Numbered from the stretch's first letter, positions 26,976 through 34,848 are shown. The stretch: DNA of 40,620 nucleotides from an uncultured Syntrophorhabdus sp. (GCA_964638215.1 CAZXBI010000002.1:1-40620), one strand, 5' to 3'. Notes: generated from the letters alone by a model not told the origin. Numbers and translations are program-made.

Positions 26976-28658
26976 ATGTTTAAAGAAGAAGAAATTAAAA
27001 GAATTGAAAAAGAAAGAATGGAGTGGACGGAGAAGACAAAGGATTTCATGGAACAGAAGAAGGAATTTGTAACCCCTTCGGGGATAAAGATTAAGAACAT
27101 TTATACTCCTGAAGACATTAAAGGTTTAGATTATGTGAAAGATATTGGTTTTCCGGGTGTCTATCCTAATGTCAGGGGTGTCTACCCCACGATGTACAGG
27201 GGGCAACCCTGGACCATCCGAATGTTTTCAGGTTTTGGGACCCCTGAAGAAACCAATAAAAGGTGGAGGTTACTTTATGAAGAAGGGGAAACCGGTTTTT
27301 CAGCGGCCTGTGACGTCCTTACCTTTAATGGGATTGATCCTGATGACCCTGAGGTTGATGCCCAGGGAGAAGTGGGGACTTCAGGGACTCCCCTTTATTC
27401 TATTAAGGCTGTCGAGGAAATGATTAAAGACTTACCCATTGATAAAGTCACAGTAGCTCTGGTGGTAGAGTGTATGACCGCCACAAGCCTCACGTCCATG
27501 TACTTCAATGCTGCTAAAAAAAGAGGGTATTCTCTGAACCAGATAGGGGGGACCACTCAAAATGATATTGGCACGATGTTGATTGGTTATATTACGCGCA
27601 ATTCCTTAAAACCCGATGTACTTTTAAAACTAGCATGCGATTTAATAGAATATTGCATTCCGATGAAGAATGCCCCGCGCTGGAATCCGATTAATTTTAC
27701 GACCTATAATTATCGCGAAGGCGGGATCGATGCAGTTCAAGAGATCGCCTTTGGCTTTACCAACGCCATAGACCATATTGATGAGTTGTTAAGACGAGGC
27801 TGGGAGATCGACGAATTTGCCCACAGGCTGGCATTCCATCTTTCTGCAGACCGCCATTTCTTTGAAGAGATTGCCAAATACCGTGCTGCTCGGAGAATCT
27901 GGGCCAAATTGATGACCGAAAGATATGGCGCCAAGAACCCCCAATCGATTGCTATGAAATATCATGTTCAAACGGCCGGGAGTTCCCTGGCCAATAAACA
28001 ACCAATGGTGAATATTATCAGGACTACTATTCAGGGTTTGGAAGCTGTTCTGGGGGGAACACAATCCATGCATACTAACTCCTGGGATGAGGCCATCTGT
28101 CTTCCTTCGGATGAGGCAGTAAAATTAGCCGTAAAAACCCAACAGGTCATCCGGGAGGAGACAGGGGTTACGGATACCATTGATCCCTTGGCCGGTTCCT
28201 ATTATGTAGAATGGCTTACCAATGAAATGGAGAAGCGTATCTTGAGTTACATGGGAGAGATTGAAGCACAAGGAGGTTTTGTCAAAGCCCTTGAAAATGG
28301 TTGGATTTTTAACGAAATGACCAAGGCTTTTCATAAGCGACAAAGAGCCATTGCCAGTGGAGAGGAAAAATTTCTTGGAATAAACTGTTTTACCAGTCAG
28401 GAGGAATCCACCATCATTCCTTTCCGGACTAATCCTAAAGCGGCAGAGATTGAAATCGAAAGGCTAAAGAAACTGAGAAAAGAACGTAATAACAACCGTG
28501 TTACTGCCTTGCTGGACGAATTACGCCGTGTTTGTGAAAGGAAAGAAAATGTCATGCCTAAAGTAATGGAACTCACCGCGGAAGGGGCTACCTTGGGTGA
28601 AATCACTAAAGTTTATCGCCAAATTTTTGGAGTTTGGGAATTGCCCATTGCTGTTTAG
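26976..28658 (+). CDS. methylmalonyl-CoA-mutase-family large subunit (mutase 2)
   Basis: 560 aa. Motifs GFPGVYPNVRGVYPTMYRGQPWTIRMFSGFGTPEETN, GGTTQNDI, KYRAARRIWAKL, HVQTAGSSL, DPLAGSYYVEWLT. Confidence 0.9.
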   Translation: MFKEEEIKRIEKERMEWTEKTKDFMEQKKEFVTPSGIKIKNIYTPEDIKGLDYVKDIGFPGVYPNVRGVYPTMYRGQPWTIRMFSGFGTPEETNKRWRLLYEEGETGFSAACDVLTFNGIDPDDPEVDAQGEVGTSGTPLYSIKAVEEMIKDLPIDKVTVALVVECMTATSLTSMYFNAAKKRGYSLNQIGGTTQNDIGTMLIGYITRNSLKPDVLLKLACDLIEYCIPMKNAPRWNPINFTTYNYREGGIDAVQEIAFGFTNAIDHIDELLRRGWEIDEFAHRLAFHLSADRHFFEEIAKYRAARRIWAKLMTERYGAKNPQSIAMKYHVQTAGSSLANKQPMVNIIRTTIQGLEAVLGGTQSMHTNSWDEAICLPSDEAVKLAVKTQQVIREETGVTDTIDPLAGSYYVEWLTNEMEKRILSYMGEIEAQGGFVKALENGWIFNEMTKAFHKRQRAIASGEEKFLGINCFTSQEESTIIPFRTNPKAAEIEIERLKKLRKERNNNRVTALLDELRRVCERKENVMPKVMELTAEGATLGEITKVYRQIFGVWELPIAV

Positions 28659-28737
28659 TTGAAAAGAAAATCCTTCTAAGGATTTATCTCTCATTGCAAA
28701 CGACATTTTCCATTTCAAGGATGGAGGGAGTTAAGGA

Positions 28738-29160
28738 ATGGGCACTGGTAAAAAGATCAGGGTCTTAATGGTAAAAGTAGGGTTTGATGGCCACTGGCGA
28801 GGAGCCGTCAGCGTTTCTTCATTATTAAAAGATGCTGGCATGGAGGTCATTTTTGGAGGCTTCCAGGAAATTGACACGATTATTAATACGGCAATTCAGG
28901 AAGATGTGGATGTTATTGGTCTGAGTATTCATTCCGGTGCCCATATCTACTGGACAAGAAAAATAGTTGAACGGCTTGCAGAAAGAAGTCTGGCCAATGA
29001 ATTCATTTTAATGGTCGGAGGTGCTATTCCCGAATATGACTTTGAGGAGCTGCGAAATTTAGGTGTTTATGGGATATTTTCACCAGGCACTCTTCCAGAG
29101 AGGATCGTCAGCGAGTTCAGGGAAAGTGTATCGGGAAAAAAGATGGCCCGTTTACATTAG
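28738..29160 (+). CDS. B12-binding small subunit of mutase 2
   Basis: 140 aa. Canonical DxHxxG (FDGHWRG), VDVIGLSIHSGAH, VGGAIP. Confidence 0.85.
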   Translation: MGTGKKIRVLMVKVGFDGHWRGAVSVSSLLKDAGMEVIFGGFQEIDTIINTAIQEDVDVIGLSIHSGAHIYWTRKIVERLAERSLANEFILMVGGAIPEYDFEELRNLGVYGIFSPGTLPERIVSEFRESVSGKKMARLH

Positions 29161-29170
29161 GGGTACAGGG

Positions 29171-29453
29171 CAAGAAAAGAATAACCATTTAATGGCCTTT
29201 CCTTTGGAAATAGAGGTCCAAGAGATAGCTAAGAAGAGTATGGGTATGGGAGGATCTTTCTATCACGACTCATTTCTACAATAAAATTGTATTAGAACTT
29301 CCAATGGACTTTTCAACAGGCGAGGAGCAATCAGTCGTCTCTTCAGACTGAAATTCTCCAGATCGGATTTGCAATATTTATATGACCTCGGCTAAAAAAC
29401 CGAACCGCACAGAAGTGGTGGTTATCCTGGGTAGAGAAAATTTAGGAATCTAA
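29171..29453 (+). pseudogene. decayed LUD-domain gene (paralogue of 853..1494): N- and C-terminal fragments in different frames
   Basis: Frame of 29171..29284: QEKNNHLMAFPLEIEVQEIAKKSMGMGGSFYH, versus KKNNFEAVFVPDSKSACEEVMKRIPDGATVGVGGSITL in the intact copy. Frame of 29352..29453: NSPDRICNIYMTSAKKPNRTEVVVILGRENLGI*, versus KSPDRICNIYVTLAKKPARTEVIVILVGEKLGI*. An in-frame TGA at 29349-29351 and the missing middle of the protein show it is not functional. Confidence 0.65.
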
Positions 29454-29509
29454 TTCGGAATTGAGGAATGTAGAATGCGGATTGTGGAATTCTAAAACAC
29501 ATAGCACTG

Positions 29510-29571
29510 AGAGCAGAGTGCATAGCGTAAATGATTTTGGGTTTACTTTTATGCGCTATGCTCTCTGCTCT
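29510..29571. terminator. long hairpin between convergent gene sets (possible bidirectional terminator)
   Basis: AGAGCAGAGTGCATAGCG (29510-29527) is the reverse complement of CGCTATGCTCTCTGCTCT (29554-29571) with one mismatch; the loop is 26 nt. The right arm overlaps the last codons of the minus-strand synthetase gene. There is no clean U-tract, so function is uncertain. Confidence 0.35.
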
Positions 29572-31637
29572 TTGCTTAAAACGATGCGGGCATCCACTGC
29601 TATTGCCCCTTTCTCCATCGCCATCACCGGATTGATGTCAATTCCTTCGATTTCAGGAAAGTCCACCATCAACTGAGAGAGCCTGAGAAGCATCTCGACG
29701 ATCGCCTCGATGTCCAGAGGTCGTTCTCCCCGAACCCCATGGAGAATAGCAGACGATTTTAACTCCGAAATCATCTCCGCTGCTTCGGAGCGATTGATGG
29801 GAGCCACCCGAAGGGAGGTCTCCTTCAGAACCTCCACATAGATTCCACCCAGACCAAAAAGGATGACCGGTCCAAAGGAGGGATCCCGTTTCGCCCCCAG
29901 GATGACTTCTTTCCCCGCAGAGATCATCTTTTGAAGGAGCACACCGGTCCTATTCCCCGGATTCAGGCTCATCACCCTGTCATAGGCCTCTTCCGCCTTT
30001 TTCAGAGAATCGATATGGAGAATCACTCCGCCCACGTCTGATTTGTGTGAGATTTCCGGAGAGATGACCTTCATGGCTGCGGGAAATCCGATCTTTTCAA
30101 TGGCCTGCCCCAAATCTTCCTTTCGATAAACCAACTCGTAGTCGGCAACGGGAATGCCGCATGCCCGGAGCAATTCCATTGCTTCTGGAAGGAGGAGATC
30201 CCTTTTCTCTCCTATTGCTTTTTGAAGAACCAGGGCAGCACGGCTCTTATCAATGGGATAGAAAGGAGATTCTTCCTTCGATGTTGTCAATCTACGGTAG
30301 TGGTCCCTTGAGATGGCTAACGCCGCTAAGGCATCTTCAGGCTCTGTGAAGATAGGATAATCGAGGGCCCTCTTGATATAAGCCAGCTCTTCCTCATCGG
30401 TATTGTATTGAAGGGCAACCGGTTTCTGATAACGGAAGGAGAGCTCCTTGACAGCCTGGACAAATTTTCTGGAAGGCTCTTTCTCCTCAGCCGTTGCCCC
30501 GTGCTGGAAAAGGATCCCATTGACCATCGGGAATCTAAGAGCCTGTTCGAGGATGCTCGTGTAGAGGTCGAAGTTGAAGAGGTCTCCGAGATCGAGAGGA
30601 TTGGTAGGCTGAATCACTTTTGCCCGAAAGAGACTATGGAACTGCTCCTGGAGTTTTGGGTCAGGGGGAAGAAGTCGAAATCCGTGCCGTTCTGCCGAGT
30701 CGGCGGCCACCACACCGATCCCTCCGGAGCGTGAGATGATCACGAGGTTTTTCCCTTTGCAGGGTGGCAGAGAAAGGATCTTCACGGCATTCACAAAGGA
30801 TCGGAAGTCTTTGGTGCGAATGATGTCGGCCTGTTTCAAGGCGGCCTCCACGACCCTGTCGTCGTTGGCCAGGGCGGCGGTGTGAAGCTTTGCAATCTGA
30901 CGGCTTCCCTCTCCGGTGTTGGCCTTGTGAATGATAATGGGTTTGGATGTGGAGTGGGCAATCTCCATCAATTCCCTTCCCCGCCCAAGGCTCTCAAGGT
31001 AGAGCCCGATAATGTCGGTCTTAGGATCATCGATGAGATACTTCAGGTAGTCGATCTCGTTGAGGTCTAATTTATTTCCCATGCTCACCATTTTTGACAG
31101 GCCCACATTGGCGCTAATCATGAGGTTCGCATAGGTGAGAAGAACGCCTCCGCTTTGAGCCAGGATGGAAAGTTTCCCCTTGCTCACCGGCCCTCTCTTC
31201 AGCTTGACAAAGGGGACGACAAAGCCATTATCGACATTGGTGATTCCGATCCCGTTCGGTCCCACGATTCGGATTCCCCATTTTCGGGCAGTCTGAAGAA
31301 CGGTTTGTTCAAGCTGGCCTCCTTCTTCCGAATATTCTCTGAACCCTCCGGTTTCGATAATGACCCAGGGGATCTTCTTTCGTCCGCAGGCTTCGATGAA
31401 GTCAGGCACGGTTTGAGCAGGGGTGAGGATGACGGCCACATCGATGCCATCGGGAAGCTGATCCACAGAGGTTAGGATTCTACGTCCAAAGAGGACGCTA
31501 TCTTTTCTTCCCACAAGGAAGATTTCACCGTTGAATTGAAATTCGAAGAGGTTTTCTACGATATTTCTTGCAAGGTTATCCGGTCTTTCTGAGACACCGA
31601 TTACGACCACCGATTTCGGATAGAAAAGCTGATGCAT
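29556..31637 (-). CDS. NDP-forming acyl-CoA (acetyl-CoA) synthetase, fused alpha-beta
   Basis: 693 aa. CoA-binding N-terminus LFYPKSVVVIGVSERPDNLARNIVENL. Ligase-CoA middle domain, C-terminal ATP-grasp part. GGAGG Shine-Dalgarno (reverse complement of 31644-31648). Confidence 0.85.
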   Translation of the reverse strand: MHQLFYPKSVVVIGVSERPDNLARNIVENLFEFQFNGEIFLVGRKDSVLFGRRILTSVDQLPDGIDVAVILTPAQTVPDFIEACGRKKIPWVIIETGGFREYSEEGGQLEQTVLQTARKWGIRIVGPNGIGITNVDNGFVVPFVKLKRGPVSKGKLSILAQSGGVLLTYANLMISANVGLSKMVSMGNKLDLNEIDYLKYLIDDPKTDIIGLYLESLGRGRELMEIAHSTSKPIIIHKANTGEGSRQIAKLHTAALANDDRVVEAALKQADIIRTKDFRSFVNAVKILSLPPCKGKNLVIISRSGGIGVVAADSAERHGFRLLPPDPKLQEQFHSLFRAKVIQPTNPLDLGDLFNFDLYTSILEQALRFPMVNGILFQHGATAEEKEPSRKFVQAVKELSFRYQKPVALQYNTDEEELAYIKRALDYPIFTEPEDALAALAISRDHYRRLTTSKEESPFYPIDKSRAALVLQKAIGEKRDLLLPEAMELLRACGIPVADYELVYRKEDLGQAIEKIGFPAAMKVISPEISHKSDVGGVILHIDSLKKAEEAYDRVMSLNPGNRTGVLLQKMISAGKEVILGAKRDPSFGPVILFGLGGIYVEVLKETSLRVAPINRSEAAEMISELKSSAILHGVRGERPLDIEAIVEMLLRLSQLMVDFPEIEGIDINPVMAMEKGAIAVDARIVLSKEQRA

Positions 31638-31743
31638 CTTAGACCTCCATGCCTATGGCTTATTACTTATGGCAGATAGTTGGGTTCATGTATTTATTTA
31701 GTTTTGGCTATCGGCTATCAGCCAATTGCTATGTGCCAAATGT

Positions 31744-32892
31744 TCATATTCCTTTATTAAACGGTTTCGCATATCCTGTCAATTCGGCATAGCCTCTTCC
31801 TTTGATGGGATTGCCCTGGGATTTCCCTTCGATCTTCACACTTCCTTCCCAATAAGTCACCCGGGTGGAGACCTCAGTGATCAATTCCTGATCCTTTATC
31901 GTTGGAGATAGGTTCAATTCGATTCCATAACGGGGAACCTTGATCTTCCACCGGGAAGGGTAGGTGGCTTTACTCTTTGGGCTCTTCCATCGGTCCAGAG
32001 AATCGATCTGGAATTCTTTGAGGGGGAGGTGGTCGCTTCTTCCATCGGGAAAGATGATCGTTCCGCTGGAATAAGGGTCCGGTTTCCCATTCTGATGCCG
32101 AATCTGATAAAACATCAATTCGATTCTATTCTCCAGTTGAATGCTGAACCAGTCCCAACCCTCATGATATTGACGGAGCTGGTTGGAGCCGAATTCATGA
32201 TCCACCCAGCTCATTCCCTGGACAGGAAATTCTTTTCCTTTTAAAAAAATCTTCCCTTCGGTCTTCAAGCGGGTAATCGAATAGTAGTGAGAGGCGTATC
32301 CCTCACCTTCTGCCTTCTGACTGACGCCGTTCTTTCCATGGATGACCGCATTCTTTTCAGGCAAGAGCTGAAGTTCGATGCCGAAATCCTTCCTTCCCGC
32401 CTTCAAAAGGTGATTCTGCAATTGAATTCCTTTCAACTCCATGGACCAGTCGTCAATCCATACACGGAAAGGCTCTTTGCTCCCATAAATTGAAGCTCCT
32501 GCCTCACCAAAGGTTCCCCGGCTCATCTTCTCCCGGTATTCAAAGCGTTTCTTCGATTCATCGGTGATAGCGAGATGGGCAAAATAGAGATCCTGAATTG
32601 CCCACTTCGATTGCCCTCCTTTGGCACCCCTTCGGAAGGCCACCCTGAAAAAGGTAAGCTGATAGCCATAGGGTTTTTTATCCTCAGACTGGAGATGGCC
32701 GGTGTAATACCACCATTCGGTCTTAAATTCAGGATGGGAGTAATGATCCTGAGGAAAAGAAAAGACTTTTCCCGGAAGGGCCCGCTGAAACTCCTCACCG
32801 TATGTTGTTGAAGCAGTGAGAAGAAGGATAAAAAGGATTCCCGCAACGACGAGATTCCTTTTTATCGCCCATTTTGGATGAGAGAGGGTCAT
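31744..32892 (-). CDS. AttH/CrtC-like (carotenoid 1,2-hydratase / lipocalin_9) secreted protein
   Basis: 382 aa. Signal peptide. Hallmark FSFPQDHYSHPEFKTEWWYYTGHL motif, later SWVDHEFG. Confidence 0.8.
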   Translation of the reverse strand: MTLSHPKWAIKRNLVVAGILFILLLTASTTYGEEFQRALPGKVFSFPQDHYSHPEFKTEWWYYTGHLQSEDKKPYGYQLTFFRVAFRRGAKGGQSKWAIQDLYFAHLAITDESKKRFEYREKMSRGTFGEAGASIYGSKEPFRVWIDDWSMELKGIQLQNHLLKAGRKDFGIELQLLPEKNAVIHGKNGVSQKAEGEGYASHYYSITRLKTEGKIFLKGKEFPVQGMSWVDHEFGSNQLRQYHEGWDWFSIQLENRIELMFYQIRHQNGKPDPYSSGTIIFPDGRSDHLPLKEFQIDSLDRWKSPKSKATYPSRWKIKVPRYGIELNLSPTIKDQELITEVSTRVTYWEGSVKIEGKSQGNPIKGRGYAELTGYAKPFNKGI

Positions 32893-32909
32893 TTGTAAAG
32901 AGTGTGCAA

Positions 32910-33119
32910 GCTGTTGCCCAAACCAACCATTTGCATTTCGACTCTCCGTTCGCCCTGCCCGTCCCGGGCCGGGTCGGGCCGGGGAGGCTCTCGAAGGGTG
33001 AACGGTTTGCTCAGCCTCCGGCTCAGGCTCCGCCCCAGAGGGGCTTCTGCCCCGGAGGGAGAGCCTCTGGCTCGGAGAGAACAGGCTTGTCGAAGCGTAA
33101 AATCGATTTGGGCAACGGC
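32910..33119. other. 210-nt GC-rich nested-helix element (structured RNA or long imperfect palindromic repeat)
   Basis: Four nested complementary pairs. H1: 32910-32922 / 33107-33119. H2: 32937-32948 / 33073-33079 plus 33089-33094. H3: 32984-32992 / 33059-33067. H4: 33015-33021 / 33052-33058. No credible ORF. Sits between the AttH-like start codon and the TA islet. Confidence 0.4.
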
Positions 33120-33229
33120 CTGTGTAGACACGACACCAATTCCTTGTAATAGTTCAATTTTTATTATTTTATCGAAAACTCATCTACAATTCAATGACTT
33201 TGAGCTAAAAATGAGCTAATTTATTAGAG

Positions 33230-33258
33230 TTGCCAAAAAGCACACAATGTGCTAATGT
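33230..33258 (+). promoter_or_regulatory. putative promoter/operator of the first TA pair (leaderless geometry)
   Basis: TTGCCA (33230-33235), 17-nt spacer, TAATGT (33253-33258). Palindrome AGCACA-CAA-TGTGCT at 33239-33253 lies inside the spacer. The ATG at 33266 is only 7 nt past the -10 and has no Shine-Dalgarno. Confidence 0.4.
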
Positions 33259-33265
33259 GAAATAA

Positions 33266-33544
33266 ATGAAACGCATCAACTGGAATACGGGGAAAAGTCA
33301 AAAACTTAAAACGTCAAGGGGAATTTGTTTTGAGGATGTGGTTTACCATATTGAAAAGGGTGACATTTTGCATGACTATGTGCACCCCAATCAAGATAGA
33401 TATTTCGGACAACGAATAATGGTAATCGGAATAAATAATTATGCCTATCTTGTTCCCTATGTTGAAAATGAAGAAGAAATATTCCTAAAAACAATCATCC
33501 CAAGGAGAAAAGCGACGGAAATTTATTTTGGAGGAAAGCCATGA
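33266..33544 (+). CDS. type II toxin, BrnT-like (DUF497-like) - family tentative
   Basis: 92 aa. ATGA overlap with the downstream RHH antitoxin gene. The C-terminal LKTIIPRRKATEIY resembles the ..IISAR.A...E...Y end of BrnT-type toxins. Confidence 0.55.
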   Translation: MKRINWNTGKSQKLKTSRGICFEDVVYHIEKGDILHDYVHPNQDRYFGQRIMVIGINNYAYLVPYVENEEEIFLKTIIPRRKATEIYFGGKP

Positions 33545-33819
33545 AAACAACATTAACCAAAGAGGAAAAGAAAATATTGGACAGTTTTGAAAAGGGCGAA
33601 TGGATCCCTGTTAAGAACATGGCAAAAAGGAAAGAAGAACTCATAAAATACGCAAGAAATACCTTAAAGAAAGACAAGAGATTAAATATAAGAATTTCTG
33701 GGAGAGACTTAAATGAATTGCAAAGAAAAGCGATCATTGAAGGATTGCCTTATCAGACATATGTCTCAAGTATCATTCATAAATTTATTAATGGGAAATT
33801 GATCGAGGCGAAAAGTTAA
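33541..33819 (+). CDS. BrnA-like CopG/RHH antitoxin
   Basis: 92 aa. EEKKILDSFEKGEWIPVKN...KDKRLNIRISGRDLNELQRKAIIEGLPYQTYVSSIIHKF is the pattern I associate with BrnA/COG5304 antitoxins. Confidence 0.7.
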   Translation: MKTTLTKEEKKILDSFEKGEWIPVKNMAKRKEELIKYARNTLKKDKRLNIRISGRDLNELQRKAIIEGLPYQTYVSSIIHKFINGKLIEAKS

Positions 33820-33840
33820 ATCCCTTACGGGTTTATTCCC

Positions 33841-33901
33841 CGCCGCTTGCGGCGTAATATATATGCACAAGCAGATAATACCCCGTCCGCTTGCGGCGGG
33901 G
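33841..33901. repeat. two copies of a GC hairpin motif flanking an AT-rich spacer
   Basis: CGCCGC-TT-GCGGCG (33841-33854) and CCCCGTCCGC-TT-GCGGCGGGG (33881-33901). The shared core is CCGCTTGCGGCG (33843-33854, 33887-33898). May terminate the brnTA-like transcript. Confidence 0.5.
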
Positions 33902-33959
33902 TGGTTTATCAGCCAACACTTATGGCTTACAGCCACCGCTGACCTAAGATGTTCGACAG

Positions 33960-34826
33960 ATGAAATGCTACCAGAGCACCCTTCAGCAGCACCTGGGAAA
34001 CTACGCGAGACACCGCCTCGGCGTCTTCGAAAAAGGGACCTACGGGGGACGCCTGTACTCACATGTCCTCCCCTCCCGGCTACGCTATCTGAACATCCTT
34101 GAATCGATCCGCGCAGAACTGCAAGACTACCTCAGGGCTCACCCGTCAACCAGTCTCCACCGGTACTTCCACCACTTAAACTCGTCGCAGGCCTTCGCGC
34201 TGAACCTTTTCTATCCGTACTTCGCGGCTGGCGGGTCTGAGGCCAGAGCGTTGAGTGCGTCCTTGGGAGAGGACGCCAACGTATCGGATTGGGAATTCGA
34301 GGGAGTACCTGACGAGAAAGAAGGCACGAACGTGGATGTTGTTTGGCACACCCCTGCAGGGGCGTGCGTGTTCTGCGAGGTCAAGCTCTCCGAAGCCGGA
34401 TTTGGTACCGCAGAGAATGACTCAAGGCACCGGAAGAAGCTGGCGGAGATCTACAAACCCCGCCTGACACCTCTTGTCTCGGAAGATCTACTGAAAGACA
34501 AGGCTTTTTTCGATAACTACCAGCTCCTCCGAAATGTCGCCCTTCTTGCCGGTGGCGAGGGACACCAACTCGTGATACTCGCACCGCGGGAGAACGAGTC
34601 GCTTCATCCACCATTGCGCAAGGTATTGGCAAGCGTTGAGCCTTCCGTGCGCAAGCGCATCAGTGTCGCTTACATTGAGGACTGTCTCCATAGCCTCAGG
34701 GAAAGCCCTTCGCTCTCGCTAGACCTTCGCCTCCACGCCGCAAGAATGCAGGAGAAGTATGTTGTTCCATCAACACCTGGTTGCCCCGGCGCAGCAGGGG
34801 ACGGGCCACAAGCGGCGCGCCCCTGA
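33960..34826 (+). CDS. hypothetical protein with PD-(D/E)xK-like nuclease motif, compositionally foreign
   Basis: 288 aa ORF. Candidate motif D...E-x-K in TNVDVVWHTPAGACVFCEVKLSE, preceded by HHLNSSQAFALNLF. Hand count gives 35/60 G+C at 33961-34020, against 19/60 at 33541-33600 in the neighbouring gene. No obvious Shine-Dalgarno. Confidence 0.5.
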   Translation: MKCYQSTLQQHLGNYARHRLGVFEKGTYGGRLYSHVLPSRLRYLNILESIRAELQDYLRAHPSTSLHRYFHHLNSSQAFALNLFYPYFAAGGSEARALSASLGEDANVSDWEFEGVPDEKEGTNVDVVWHTPAGACVFCEVKLSEAGFGTAENDSRHRKKLAEIYKPRLTPLVSEDLLKDKAFFDNYQLLRNVALLAGGEGHQLVILAPRENESLHPPLRKVLASVEPSVRKRISVAYIEDCLHSLRESPSLSLDLRLHAARMQEKYVVPSTPGCPGAAGDGPQAARP

Positions 34827-34848
34827 GCTTGGTCGTTAAATTTTAACT

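Noticed and set aside
32874-33219. Three overlapping ORFs (32874..33149+, 32889..33131-, 32902..33219+) in the GC-rich element.
   Set aside because: All are Arg/Pro/Gly/Ser-rich translations of a palindromic GC-rich sequence and are mutually exclusive. None has a ribosome-binding site. The region is treated as a non-coding structured element.
33838-33901. Possible miniature CRISPR array (two GC-rich repeats separated by an AT-rich spacer).
   Set aside because: There are only two copies and the shared core is just 12 nt. Each copy is itself a hairpin, and no cas genes or leader are present. It fits a terminator or REP-like element better.
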